From an uncultured delta proteobacterium (lineage in GTDB: Bacteria > Myxococcota > Myxococcia > Myxococcales > Anaeromyxobacteraceae): DNA of 64,000 bases. Under the pieces are notes generated by a model, which saw nothing but the letters and a program-made list of their open reading frames with translations, was not told the origin of the DNA and made no database searches. A program made the translations under genes and the position numbers. The DNA lies in assembly GCA_963828255.1 (NCBI GenBank), contig CAWHDZ010000040.1, positions 1 through 64,000 of the forward strand, read 5' to 3'. Positions 28,826-38,551 of the stretch are shown piece after piece. How positions within the stretch are numbered: position 1 is the first letter of the stretch; every line of letters begins with the position of its first letter.

Positions 28826-31234
28826 TCAGCCGATGCGCCGGAAGGCCAGCGCCCCCGACTCGACAGCCACCTCCAGCTCGTCGCCGGGGACCAGCTCGCC
28901 GCCCAGGATGCGCTCGGCGATGGGCCCCTCGACCAGGCGCTGGACGGCGCCGCGCATGGGGCGGGCGCCCAGGGAGGGGTCGAACCCCCCGTTGGCGAGC
29001 AGGTGCTCCACCACGTCGTCGCCGGCGAAGAAGCGGATGCGCCGCTCGGCGGCCAGCCGCTCCGACGACTGGCGCAGGAGCAGCGACGCCACGTGGGCCA
29101 GGTCGTCGCGGGAGAGGGCCGGGAAGACCAGCCGCTCGTCGAGCCGGTTCCAGAGCTCCGGGGGGAGCGCGGCGCGGGCCGCCTGGCTGGCGCGGTCCTC
29201 GCGGGTCGGGCCGGTCTCGGCGCCGGCGAAGCCCATCACGCCGGACGAGGAGCGGGTGGCCTCGAAGCCGCCCAGGTTGGTGGTGAGGACGACCACCGTG
29301 GAGGAGAAGTCCACCTGGCGGCCCCTCCCGTCGGTGAGCCGCCCCTCCTCGAGGACCTGGAGGAGGAGCAGGAGGACGTCGCGGTGGGCCTTGTCGATCT
29401 CGTCGAGGACCACGACGCTGGCGGGCCGGCGCCGGACGGCGTCGGTGAGCTGGCCCCCCTCGCCGTAGCCGACGTACCCGGGGGCGGCCCCCACGAGCCG
29501 CGCCACCCCGGTGGGCTCGCTGCACTCGCTCATGTCGAGCCGGACCAGGGCCTGGTCGTTGCCGAAGAGCGCGTCGGCCAGCGCCCGGGCCAGCTCGGTC
29601 TTGCCCACCCCGGTGGGGCCGAGGAAGAGGAAGCTGCCCATGGGGCGGCGGGAGGCGAAGCCGGCGTAGTTGCGCCGCAGGACGCGCGCCACCCGGGCGA
29701 TGGTCTCGGGGTGGCCGACGATCCGCTGGGAAAGCGCGTCCTCCAGGCCGAGCAGCCGGTCGCGGTCGCCGGAGAGGAGGCGCGACTCGGGGATGCCCGC
29801 CATCTGGGCGACCACGCGGGCCACGTCGGCGGCGGCCACGGCCGAGGCGCCCTGCCGGCGGGCGCGGGAGCCGGCCAGGTCCATGGCGGCCACCGCCTTG
29901 TCGGGGAGGAACCGGTCGCGAACGTAGCGCGAGGTGAGGGCCGCGGCGGCCTCGACGGCCTCCGGGGCGAAGCGCACGGCGTGGTGCTGCTCGTAGCGGG
30001 GCAGGATGCCCTCGAGGATGCGGACGGTGTCGGGGACCGAAGGCTCGCGCACCAGCACCGGGGTGAAGCGGCGCTCCAGCGCCGGGTCCCGCTCGATGTG
30101 CTTGCGGTACTCGTCGTGGGTGGTGGCGCCGATGCAGGGGAACTCGCCGCGGGCCAGGCCGGCCTTGAGCTCGTTGGCGGCGTCCTGAGGCCCCTCGCCG
30201 GTGGAGCCGGCGCCCATGAGCGTGTGCACCTCGTCGATGAAGACCACCACGCGCCCCTCGGCGCGCCGCACCTCGTCCTGGATCCCGCGCAGCTTCTCGG
30301 AGAAGGAGCCGCGCAGCTGCGTGCCCGAGAGCACGCTGGCCATGTCCAGCTCCACGAGGACTCGCGGTGAACCCTGGGCGAGCAGCCGCTGGGCCACTCC
30401 CTCGACGATGGCGGTCTTGCCCACCCCGGCCTCGCCGACCAGCAGCGGGTTGTTGGTGCGCCGCTTCCCGAGCACGTCGAGGGTCTGCTCCACCTCGACC
30501 TCGCGCCCCACCAGTGGATCGAGCCGTCCGGCCGCGGCCAGCTCGGTCAGGTTGCGCCCCAGCTGGGAGAGCCAGGGGAAGTCGGCCGGGTCGAGGGCGT
30601 GGGCCGTCCGGGAGCGCGAGGGGCTCGCGGCCGGGGCGGCGAACGCGGGGCGCGAGGGCGGCCGCGGCGAGAGGTCGAGCGTCCCGGCGCCGGTCTCCGG
30701 CTCGTCGTCGTCGATCGGTTCTCCCTCGAGGTCCAGGTCCCCGGGCTCGGTGCGGTGCGGGGCGGAGGGCCGTCGCGGGGCGGGGGCGGGGGCCCGGGTG
30801 GCGGGCTGGGACACGCGGCGCAGCCGCCGGGGCATTCCGGCCGTGTAGTAGGAGAGGGCGACGTTCCGCAGCGCGGCCAGCTCGAGACCACAGGCCGAGA
30901 GCAGCTGGTGGGCCGAGCACTGCCGCACCCGGGTCATGGCGATGAGCAGGTGGATGCAGTCGGTCTCTTCGGCCCGCAGCCCCTCGGCCACCTGGCGGGC
31001 ACGGTCGCGCAGGTCGCGCTCGAGCCCCTCGGGCTCCTCGGGGGCGCCGGGCATGGCGAGCAGGATCCGATCCTCGTCGACGCCCCGCTCGCGGAGCAGC
31101 ATCTCGGCCCGGTTGGGCACCACGAAGAAGGCCAGGAGGAGGTGGGCGCTGGTGAGGCGCTGGTTCACGTTGCGTGCGATGTCGCCCGCCTCGGAGAGGA
31201 CCTGGGCGAGCTCCATCGACTCGATGACGGCCAT
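28826..31234 (-). CDS. ClpA/ClpC-family AAA+ ATPase
   Basis: Clp N-domain; LDPLVGRE, GEAGVGKT, FIDEVH, GPTGVGKT, LDEIDKAH; MGF loop; no middle coiled coil. Confidence 0.9.
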   Translation of the reverse strand: MAVIESMELAQVLSEAGDIARNVNQRLTSAHLLLAFFVVPNRAEMLLRERGVDEDRILLAMPGAPEEPEGLERDLRDRARQVAEGLRAEETDCIHLLIAMTRVRQCSAHQLLSACGLELAALRNVALSYYTAGMPRRLRRVSQPATRAPAPAPRRPSAPHRTEPGDLDLEGEPIDDDEPETGAGTLDLSPRPPSRPAFAAPAASPSRSRTAHALDPADFPWLSQLGRNLTELAAAGRLDPLVGREVEVEQTLDVLGKRRTNNPLLVGEAGVGKTAIVEGVAQRLLAQGSPRVLVELDMASVLSGTQLRGSFSEKLRGIQDEVRRAEGRVVVFIDEVHTLMGAGSTGEGPQDAANELKAGLARGEFPCIGATTHDEYRKHIERDPALERRFTPVLVREPSVPDTVRILEGILPRYEQHHAVRFAPEAVEAAAALTSRYVRDRFLPDKAVAAMDLAGSRARRQGASAVAAADVARVVAQMAGIPESRLLSGDRDRLLGLEDALSQRIVGHPETIARVARVLRRNYAGFASRRPMGSFLFLGPTGVGKTELARALADALFGNDQALVRLDMSECSEPTGVARLVGAAPGYVGYGEGGQLTDAVRRRPASVVVLDEIDKAHRDVLLLLLQVLEEGRLTDGRGRQVDFSSTVVVLTTNLGGFEATRSSSGVMGFAGAETGPTREDRASQAARAALPPELWNRLDERLVFPALSRDDLAHVASLLLRQSSERLAAERRIRFFAGDDVVEHLLANGGFDPSLGARPMRGAVQRLVEGPIAERILGGELVPGDELEVAVESGALAFRRIG

Positions 31235-31311
31235 TGGCCGCACGATGCGATATCGAGCGGATCCGGTCAATTATTCGCCCGGATCCGGGCGATCCGGGGC
31301 AGCCGCGGCCG

Positions 31312-32145
31312 TCAGTCGAGCCCGAGGTCCCGCAGCTGCTCCTCGTCGAGCCCCAGGAAGTGGCCCACCTCGTGGAGCAGGGTCACCCGGATCTCCTCGA
31401 GGAGCTCCTCCCGGTCCCGGGCGTAGCGCTCCAGGTTGCGCTGGAAGAGGGCGATGGAGGAGGGGAAGTGGCTCCAGGGATCCATGGAGGCCTTGTCCCC
31501 GAGCGGCGACCCCCGGAAGATCCCCAGGATGGACGGGGAGTGGGGAGGGTCGGAGAGGAGAAGCTCCTCCACCTCGGGGAGGTCCTCGACCGTCACGGCC
31601 ACGTTGGCGAGGTACCGGCGCACCGGCTCGGGCAGCTCGGCGAGCGCCTCCTCCACCACCGCCTCGAAGGCGTCGGGCGAGAGGGCGACCGGCTCCGGGA
31701 AGTCCCCGGGTGCGAGCTCCCGGGCCCGTCGGAGGTGGCGTTCCGACCCCTCGGCGCGCCCCAGCCGCTCCAGGCAGAGGCCGAGCATCCAGTGGCAGCC
31801 GGCGTCGCCCGGGTCCTCGTGGAGGATCCGCGTGAGCAGGTCGGCGGCCTCCTCGAATCTGCAGTTCTCGTGGAGGGCGCTGGCCTCCTCGGCCCGGACG
31901 TCGAGGTCGTCGGGGAATGCGCGCACGGCCACCGCGATCCGCGCCAGGGCGACCCGGGAATCCCCCAGGGCGAGGAGCGCTTGCCCCTCCGCCAGCGCCA
32001 GCCGCGCGGCCAGATCCTCGTCGTCGGAGCGCCCGGCCAGCCGGGATCCCTCGATGGCGAGGTCGAGCGCGCGCTCCGCGTCCCCCTCGTCGAGGGCGTC
32101 GTGCGCCTCCTCGAGCAGGGTCTCGGCGGTGACGTTGCCGGGCAA
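31312..32145 (-). CDS. TPR protein with a C-terminal minimal zincin metallopeptidase domain
   Basis: TPR-like helices followed by IALFQRN...IRVTLLHEVGHFLGL. Confidence 0.82.
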   Translation of the reverse strand: MPGNVTAETLLEEAHDALDEGDAERALDLAIEGSRLAGRSDDEDLAARLALAEGQALLALGDSRVALARIAVAVRAFPDDLDVRAEEASALHENCRFEEAADLLTRILHEDPGDAGCHWMLGLCLERLGRAEGSERHLRRARELAPGDFPEPVALSPDAFEAVVEEALAELPEPVRRYLANVAVTVEDLPEVEELLLSDPPHSPSILGIFRGSPLGDKASMDPWSHFPSSIALFQRNLERYARDREELLEEIRVTLLHEVGHFLGLDEEQLRDLGLD

Positions 32146-32154
32146 GAGGACTCC

Positions 32155-33504
32155 CTAGCCCGCGACCGGCTTCTCGGCCGAGGCGATGTAGACCACGTTG
32201 CGGGTGCTCTCCTTGCCCCGGTACATGGCCCGATCGGCCAGGTCGAGGAGCAGCGCCTTCGTGGGGGCGTGCTCGGGGTGGCTGGCCAGGCCGATGGAGA
32301 CGGTGAGGCGCACCGAGAGCCCCTCGCGCGAGAGGAACCGCCTGTCCTCGACGGCGCGGCGGATGCGCTCGGCCACCTTGAGCCCGCCTCCCGAGTCCAC
32401 GCCGGTGAGGAGCGCCACGAACTCGTCCCCTCCGTACCGGACCAGGATGTCGTCGTCGCGCACGCAGGAGCGGAGCACTTTCCCGAACTCGCCGAGCAGC
32501 GCCGACCCCATCAGGTGGCCGTGCCGATCGTTCACGGCCTTGAACCGGTCGAGGTCCATGAAGAGCAGCGTGAAGGGCCTGCCGCCCGAGAGCTCCCGGT
32601 CGAGGGCCACGTCGAGGAAGCGGTTGTTGTAGAGCAGGGTCACGTCGTCCACGTAGGCCAGCTGCTCGACGTGCGAGAGCCTGCCGAGCGCGCGAAGGGC
32701 GGAGCCCAGGTGGTGGCAGATGAAGGCGGCCCGGCCGGCGCGCTCGGCGTCGAAGGGATCGGAGAGGAGCAGGCAGACCGCGCCCAGGATCTCGGGGCCG
32801 TCGGAGACCGGGAGGAAGAGGCAGCGGGACGGAGGGCGGTCGCCCGTCTCGGGGAGGTCGAGGAGGATCGTGGCGTCGAGGGCCAGCTCTCCCAGCCGGG
32901 GGAGGGCTGGCGCGAGGATCTCTCCCGCCTCCTCGGCGGTGATGCCGTGGACCCCGGAGAGGCGCCAGCCCTCCGCGCCCTCCCGCTCGAGGAGCACCGC
33001 GCCGCGGGCGCCGCACTCGGTGGCGAGCGCCGGCAGCGCCAGCGGGATCACCTTGTCCCGCTCCAGCGTCCCGGTGATGCGCTGGCAGGTCTCGAAGAGG
33101 TTGACGTGCCCCCGGAGCGCCGAGTTCTCGGCCAGCAGCGCACGGGTGGAGAGGGAGCGCTGCACCGAGAGCTGCAGGGCCTCCGGCGTGACCGGCTTCA
33201 CCAGGTAGTCGGAGGCGCCGGCGCGCATGGCCCGGACGGCCGGGTCGACCCGGTCGAGGGCCGTGATGACGACCACCTGGACGTCGGGGTCGAGCCGCTT
33301 GGCGTCGGCCAGCAACTGGAGGCCGTCGCCGCCGGGCATGACGATGTCGGTGAGGAGGACGTCGAAGCGCCGGCCCTCGAGGAGCCGGATCGCGGCCGGG
33401 GCGTTCTCCGCGACCTCGACCGCGTAGCCGGCAGCCCGGAGGTAGTCGGCGTAGAGGGTGCGGGCGAAGCGCTCGTCGTCCACGAGGAGGACCGAGGCCT
33501 GCAT
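32155..33504 (-). CDS. Response regulator / diguanylate cyclase (REC-GAF-like-GGDEF)
   Basis: VLLVDDE...LTDIVMP...KP receiver; RDDDILVRYGGDEF with intact I-site and A-site. Confidence 0.9.
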   Translation of the reverse strand: MQASVLLVDDERFARTLYADYLRAAGYAVEVAENAPAAIRLLEGRRFDVLLTDIVMPGGDGLQLLADAKRLDPDVQVVVITALDRVDPAVRAMRAGASDYLVKPVTPEALQLSVQRSLSTRALLAENSALRGHVNLFETCQRITGTLERDKVIPLALPALATECGARGAVLLEREGAEGWRLSGVHGITAEEAGEILAPALPRLGELALDATILLDLPETGDRPPSRCLFLPVSDGPEILGAVCLLLSDPFDAERAGRAAFICHHLGSALRALGRLSHVEQLAYVDDVTLLYNNRFLDVALDRELSGGRPFTLLFMDLDRFKAVNDRHGHLMGSALLGEFGKVLRSCVRDDDILVRYGGDEFVALLTGVDSGGGLKVAERIRRAVEDRRFLSREGLSVRLTVSIGLASHPEHAPTKALLLDLADRAMYRGKESTRNVVYIASAEKPVAG

Positions 33505-33528
33505 GCAGGCTGGTATACCATGACCCCA

Positions 33529-34296
33529 ATGCCCATCCCTCCCGGCCGCCAGGTCCTCCGGTTCCAGGCGGGAGGCGTCCCGTTGGCCCTTCCCCTCCTG
33601 GCGGTCCGCGAGATCGTGCCGGTCGGCGCGGGCTCCGTCCGCGGGGTCCCGGAGGGGGCGCTGCCGCTGGCGGAGCGGCTGGGGCTCAGGGGCGATCCCC
33701 GCTTCGCGCTCCTCCTCGAGGGGGCAGGGCTGCCGACCCTTCTCGTGGACCGCATGGACGGGGTGGGGGACATGGCAGGCGCGGAGGCCTTCCTCCTCCC
33801 GGAGCGGGCCGTCGCCGCCGATCCCTCTCCCTTCGCGTCGGTGCTCTGCTTCGGTGGCGCGCTCCTCCTGGAACTGGCGCCCGCGGCGCTGTACGGCATG
33901 CGCGCCAAGGCGCCGCGCCCCTTTCCCCTCTCCGGAGACCTTCCCCCCTCCGACCGGGAACTGCTGGCCGAGCGCGCGGGGCGCGTGCTGGCGGTGCCCC
34001 TGCAGCTCGTGGTCCAGGTCGTGGCTCCGGTCCAGCTGTTCCGGGTTCCCCTGGCGCCGGAGGGGCACCGCGGCCTGCTCCACCTCGGGCGGGCCATCCA
34101 CCCCGCCTGGGACGCCGCCGCCATCCTCGGAGAGCCGGCCTCGGGCGATCCCCACGTCCTTCTCCTGCTCGACGCCGGAGGAACGACGGCGGGCGTGCTC
34201 GTGGACCGGGTCCTCGGGCTCTCGGAAGGGGAGGGAAGCAGCCACGTCCGGAGGCCGCCGTGGGACGTGCTGCTCGCCCCGGGGAATGAAGGATAA
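33529..34296 (+). CDS. Tandem CheW-like domain protein
   Basis: Two CheW-like repeats (LALPLLAVREI...LLVDRM; LAVPLQLVVQV...GLLHLG...GVLVDRVLG); ATG 33520 is an alternative start. Confidence 0.7.
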   Translation: MPIPPGRQVLRFQAGGVPLALPLLAVREIVPVGAGSVRGVPEGALPLAERLGLRGDPRFALLLEGAGLPTLLVDRMDGVGDMAGAEAFLLPERAVAADPSPFASVLCFGGALLLELAPAALYGMRAKAPRPFPLSGDLPPSDRELLAERAGRVLAVPLQLVVQVVAPVQLFRVPLAPEGHRGLLHLGRAIHPAWDAAAILGEPASGDPHVLLLLDAGGTTAGVLVDRVLGLSEGEGSSHVRRPPWDVLLAPGNEG

Positions 34297-34365
34297 GGTG
34301 CGAGGAAGATTGACACTCGCGCGAGCGGCGCGTTAGCTCTCCGGCAGCACCCGTCCGAGAAAACA

Positions 34366-35433
34366 ATGCCCAAGAACCTGCTGCTCGCCGACGACTCGGT
34401 CACCATCCAGAAGGTCGTGGGCATCGTCTTCGCCGGGGAGGACTACCGGATCACCGCCGTGGACAACGGCGAGGACGCGCTCGCCCGGGCGCGGGAGACC
34501 CGGCCCGACATCGTGCTCGCCGACGCCGTCATGCCCCGCATGAACGGCTACGAGCTCTGCCAGGCGCTGAAGGCCGACCCGCAGCTCGGCGAGGTGCCGG
34601 TGCTCCTGCTCACCGGAACCTTCGAGCCGTTCGACGAGGCCCGGGCCCGTGCCGCGCGCGCCGATGGCCACGTGGTGAAGCCCTTCGACAGCCAGGCCCT
34701 GCTCACACGCGTGCGCGAACTCGTCGAGGGGGTGACGGCCGAGCCGCTGCCGCTCCCGTACCCGCGCATGACCCCGTCTCACGCGCAGGCCCCGGCGCAC
34801 ACCCCCTCCCGGCCGCACCTGGCGCCTCCCGCGCACACGCCGGCCCCCTCGCACGCGCCCACCCCGGTGGCCCGCCTGCAGCCTGCCGGCCCCCCGCGCC
34901 GGACGGTTCCGCCTCCGCTGCCGCCTCCCGGGCACCCGCTGCGCGCCGGCGCCGTGCGTCCCGGAACGCTCCCGCCCACCAGCGTGAAGGGCGCGGGGAT
35001 CCGGCCGCCACCTCCGCCCCCCGCCGCGCGAGGCGCGACGGCGCCGCCCCGGCCCTTCGCTCCGGCTCCGGCCCGGGCCCCGGCTCGCCCGCCGCCCCCG
35101 GAGCCGTTCGGGATGGCCGGCCCGGCCACCGCCGACGACGACTGGAGCGATGTCTCGACCGGCGCCGCCGTGGTCCCGCCGCCGCCGACGACGACGGCGC
35201 CGCGGCGCGAGCCCACCGCGCAGCCGTCCGCCGCCGCCGCGCCGGCCGCCCCTCCGGCCACTCCTCCGGCCACGGCGCAGGCCGACGGGGGCGAGGCCGC
35301 GCTGCGGCTGGCCATCTCGCAGGCGTCGCGCGAGGTGGTGGAGAAGATCGCATGGGAGGTGGTCCCGCAGCTCGCCGAGGTGATCATCCGCGAGCACGTG
35401 GAACGCCTGGTGAACGAGCGCCAGAAGCACTGA
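34366..35433 (+). CDS. romR: RomR-like polarity response regulator
   Basis: Receiver, Pro-rich linker and C-terminal SREVVEKIAWEVVPQLAEVIIRE; next to valS as recalled for Myxococcus. Confidence 0.8.
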   Translation: MPKNLLLADDSVTIQKVVGIVFAGEDYRITAVDNGEDALARARETRPDIVLADAVMPRMNGYELCQALKADPQLGEVPVLLLTGTFEPFDEARARAARADGHVVKPFDSQALLTRVRELVEGVTAEPLPLPYPRMTPSHAQAPAHTPSRPHLAPPAHTPAPSHAPTPVARLQPAGPPRRTVPPPLPPPGHPLRAGAVRPGTLPPTSVKGAGIRPPPPPPAARGATAPPRPFAPAPARAPARPPPPEPFGMAGPATADDDWSDVSTGAAVVPPPPTTTAPRREPTAQPSAAAAPAAPPATPPATAQADGGEAALRLAISQASREVVEKIAWEVVPQLAEVIIREHVERLVNERQKH

Positions 35434-35460
35434 ACGAGGCCGCGCCCGTCGGAGAACCAA

Positions 35461-38400
35461 GTGTCCGAAGAACGACAGACCCCGCCCTCGACCGAGCTGT
35501 CGAAGGCCTACGACCACACCGACGTCGAGCCCCGCTGGTACCGCACCTGGCTCGAGCGCGGGTACTTCCACGCCGACGAGAACGACCGGTCCCGGCCGGC
35601 CTTCTCCATCGTCCTTCCGCCGCCCAACGTCACCGGTTCCCTGCACCTCGGCCACGCGCTCACCGCCACCATCCAGGACATCCTCATCCGCTGGAAGCGC
35701 ATGAGCGGGTTCAACGTGCTCTGGCTCCCCGGCACCGACCACGCGGGCATTGCCACCCAGATGGTCGTGGAGAAGGAACTGCAGCGGACCGAGAAGAAGA
35801 GCCGGCACGACCTGGGGCGCGAGGAGTTCCTGCGCCGGGTCTGGGCATGGAAGGAGCAGTACGGCTCCCGCATCGGGGTGCAGCACCAGGCGCTGGGCGC
35901 CTCCCTCGACTGGCAGCGCGAGCGCTTCACCATGGACGAGGGGCTCTCCCGCGCGGTCCGCGAGGTCTTCGTGCGGCTGTGGGAGGAGGGGCTCGTCTAC
36001 CGGGCCAAGAAGCTCATCAACTGGTGCCCGCGCTGCCACACCGCGCTCTCCGACCTCGAGGTGAACCACGAGGAGAACCACCCCGGGGAGCTGTGGAGCT
36101 TCGCCTACCCGCTGGCCGACGGAACCGGCGAGATCGTGGTGGCCACCACCCGCCCGGAGACCATGCTGGGCGACACCGCCATCGCCGTGCACCCCGACGA
36201 CGATCGCTGGCGCGCCGTGGTGGGGAAGAACGTGCGCCACCCCGTGACCGGCCGGGAGTTCCCGGTGGTCGCCGACGCCGTGCTCGTGGACCCGAAGTTC
36301 GGGACCGGCGCGGTGAAGGTCACGCCGGCCCACGACTTCAACGACTTCGCGGTTGCGGAGCGGCACGGGCTGCCGCTCCTGTCGGTCATCGGCCCGGACG
36401 GGCGCATGACCGCCGAGGCCGGCCCGTTCCAGGGAATGGATCGCTTCGAGGCCCGCAAGGCGGTCAAGGCCGCGCTGGCCGAGAAGGGGCTCGACCGCGG
36501 GGCGAAGCCGCATCTCCTGCCGCTCGGCCGCTGCCAGCGCTGCGAGACGGTGCTCGAGCCGCTCCTCTCCGACCAGTGGTACGTGAAGATCGAGCCGCTG
36601 GCCCGCCCGGCCATCGCCGCCGTGGAGGAGGGGCGGACCCGCTTCATCCCCGAAGGGTGGACCAACACCTACATGGCGTGGATGCGCAACATCCACGACT
36701 GGTGCATCTCGCGCCAGCTCTGGTGGGGCCACCAAATCCCGGCCTGGTACTGCGAGAGCGGGCACCCCACCGTGGCCCGCACCACGCCGGAGTCCTGCGC
36801 CACCTGTGGCAGCCGGACGCTCCGGCAGGACGAGGACGTGCTCGACACGTGGTTCTCCTCGGCCCTCTGGCCCTTCTCCACGCTGGGCTGGCCCGACCGG
36901 ACCAAGGATCTCGAGACCTTCTACCCGACCTCGGTCATGGAGACCGGGCACGACATCATCTTCTTCTGGGTGGCCCGGATGATGATGATGGGCATCCACT
37001 TCATGGGCGACGTCCCCTTCCGCACCGTCTTCCTGCACCCCATGGTGCGCGACGAGAAGGGGCAGAAGATGTCGAAGACGAAGGGGAACGTCATCGACCC
37101 CCTCGCCATCACCGAGAAGCAGGGCGCCGACGCGCTGCGCTTCACGCTGGCGGCGTTGACCAGCGCCCAGGGGCGCGACATCAAGCTCGCCAAGGACCGC
37201 ATCGAGGGGTACCGGGCCTTCGCCAACAAGCTCTGGAACGCCACCCGGTTCGCGCTCATGAACCTGGATGGTGCGCCCGACCTCTCCCGCGCCCCCGAGC
37301 TGGCCCGCACCCCGGCCGACCGCTGGCTGATGGCCCGACTCGCACGTGCGGTGAATGGCACGGTGGACGCGCTGGAGTCCTACCGCTTCGACGAGGCGGC
37401 CAGCACGGTCTACCGGTTCTGCTGGAACGACCTCTGCGACTGGTACATCGAGCTGTCCAAGGAGGCGCTCTACGGCGACGACGCCGGGAAGAAGGCCGCC
37501 GCACAGGCGGTGCTGGCCCACGCCCTCGACACGGCGCTCCGGCTGCTCCACCCCCTGATGCCCTTCGTCACCGAGGAACTCTGGCAGATGCTCGGCCAGC
37601 GTCTCGGCGTCGCCGGTTGGGCCCCCTCGCTCCTCGAGGCCCGGTACCCGGAGCGCCGGCCGGTGGACGAGGCCGCGGAGCGCAGCTTCGGCCCGGTGCT
37701 GGGCGTCATCGAGGCCATCCGCAACGTCCGCGGCGAGATGAGCGTGCCCTGGAAGACGGTCTTCCATGGCGTCGAGGTGGGCGGGCTCTCCGCCGAGGCC
37801 CTGGCCACCCTCCGCTCCGAGCAGGGGCGGGTGGAGCGGCTCGGGAACGTGCAGGGGCTCGTGCTCCACGAGGCCGGGCGACCGGCCGGCCGCCGCCCGC
37901 AGTGCGCGGTCGCCGTCGGCGACGGGTTCGAGGTGCTCATCCCGCTGGCCGGGGCGGTGGACATGGCTGCCGAGACCGCCCGGGTGGACAAGGAGATCGC
38001 CCGGCTGGAGGCCGAGGTGGACGGGGTGGCCAGGAGGCTTTCGAACCCGAGCTTCGTCGAGCGCGCGCCGAAGGAGGTCGTCGAGGAGTCGCGGGCGCGT
38101 GTCGAGGAACTCGGGGAGAAGCGGAGGAATCTGGAGGCGCACCGGGCGCTCCTGACCGGGGAGGCGGAGAAGGCGCCCGCAGCCGAGGTGGCCCGGGTGA
38201 CGGAAGCGGTGGCGATCGCCTTGCCGGAGCCGTTGGCTGCCCCGTCGCCGGCGCCGCTGGTGCGGCGGGAGCCACAACAACTGGTGGTGAAGCAGCGGGC
38301 GAACCTGATCCGCAAGCCCTCCGGGAAGATGGTCAAGCGGGCCAGCGGGGGGATGGTGCGCCGCGTGCCCGCGCCGCTGGCGCTGCCGGGGAAGAAGGGG

Positions 38401-38550
38401 AAGAAGGCGGTCGTGAAGGCGAAGAAGGTCGTGAAGAAGAAGAAGGTCGTGAAGAAGAAGAAGGTCGTGAAGAAGAAGGGCGTGTCCGAGAAGAAGCTGG
38501 TCGCCGCGAAGCGGCGACCTGTGGGGCGGCGACCTGTGAGGAACCGCTAG
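35461..38550 (+). CDS. valS: Valine--tRNA ligase with a Lys-rich C-terminal extension
   Basis: PPPNVTGSLHLGH, DWCISRQLWWGH, KMSKT. Confidence 0.96.
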   Translation: MSEERQTPPSTELSKAYDHTDVEPRWYRTWLERGYFHADENDRSRPAFSIVLPPPNVTGSLHLGHALTATIQDILIRWKRMSGFNVLWLPGTDHAGIATQMVVEKELQRTEKKSRHDLGREEFLRRVWAWKEQYGSRIGVQHQALGASLDWQRERFTMDEGLSRAVREVFVRLWEEGLVYRAKKLINWCPRCHTALSDLEVNHEENHPGELWSFAYPLADGTGEIVVATTRPETMLGDTAIAVHPDDDRWRAVVGKNVRHPVTGREFPVVADAVLVDPKFGTGAVKVTPAHDFNDFAVAERHGLPLLSVIGPDGRMTAEAGPFQGMDRFEARKAVKAALAEKGLDRGAKPHLLPLGRCQRCETVLEPLLSDQWYVKIEPLARPAIAAVEEGRTRFIPEGWTNTYMAWMRNIHDWCISRQLWWGHQIPAWYCESGHPTVARTTPESCATCGSRTLRQDEDVLDTWFSSALWPFSTLGWPDRTKDLETFYPTSVMETGHDIIFFWVARMMMMGIHFMGDVPFRTVFLHPMVRDEKGQKMSKTKGNVIDPLAITEKQGADALRFTLAALTSAQGRDIKLAKDRIEGYRAFANKLWNATRFALMNLDGAPDLSRAPELARTPADRWLMARLARAVNGTVDALESYRFDEAASTVYRFCWNDLCDWYIELSKEALYGDDAGKKAAAQAVLAHALDTALRLLHPLMPFVTEELWQMLGQRLGVAGWAPSLLEARYPERRPVDEAAERSFGPVLGVIEAIRNVRGEMSVPWKTVFHGVEVGGLSAEALATLRSEQGRVERLGNVQGLVLHEAGRPAGRRPQCAVAVGDGFEVLIPLAGAVDMAAETARVDKEIARLEAEVDGVARRLSNPSFVERAPKEVVEESRARVEELGEKRRNLEAHRALLTGEAEKAPAAEVARVTEAVAIALPEPLAAPSPAPLVRREPQQLVVKQRANLIRKPSGKMVKRASGGMVRRVPAPLALPGKKGKKAVVKAKKVVKKKKVVKKKKVVKKKGVSEKKLVAAKRRPVGRRPVRNR
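38410..38481 (+). repeat. 18-bp tandem repeat x4 (VVKKKK) in the valS tail
   Basis: GTCGTGAAGAAGAAGAAG-type units at 38410, 38428, 38446 and 38464. Confidence 0.85.
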
Positions 38551-38551
38551 C

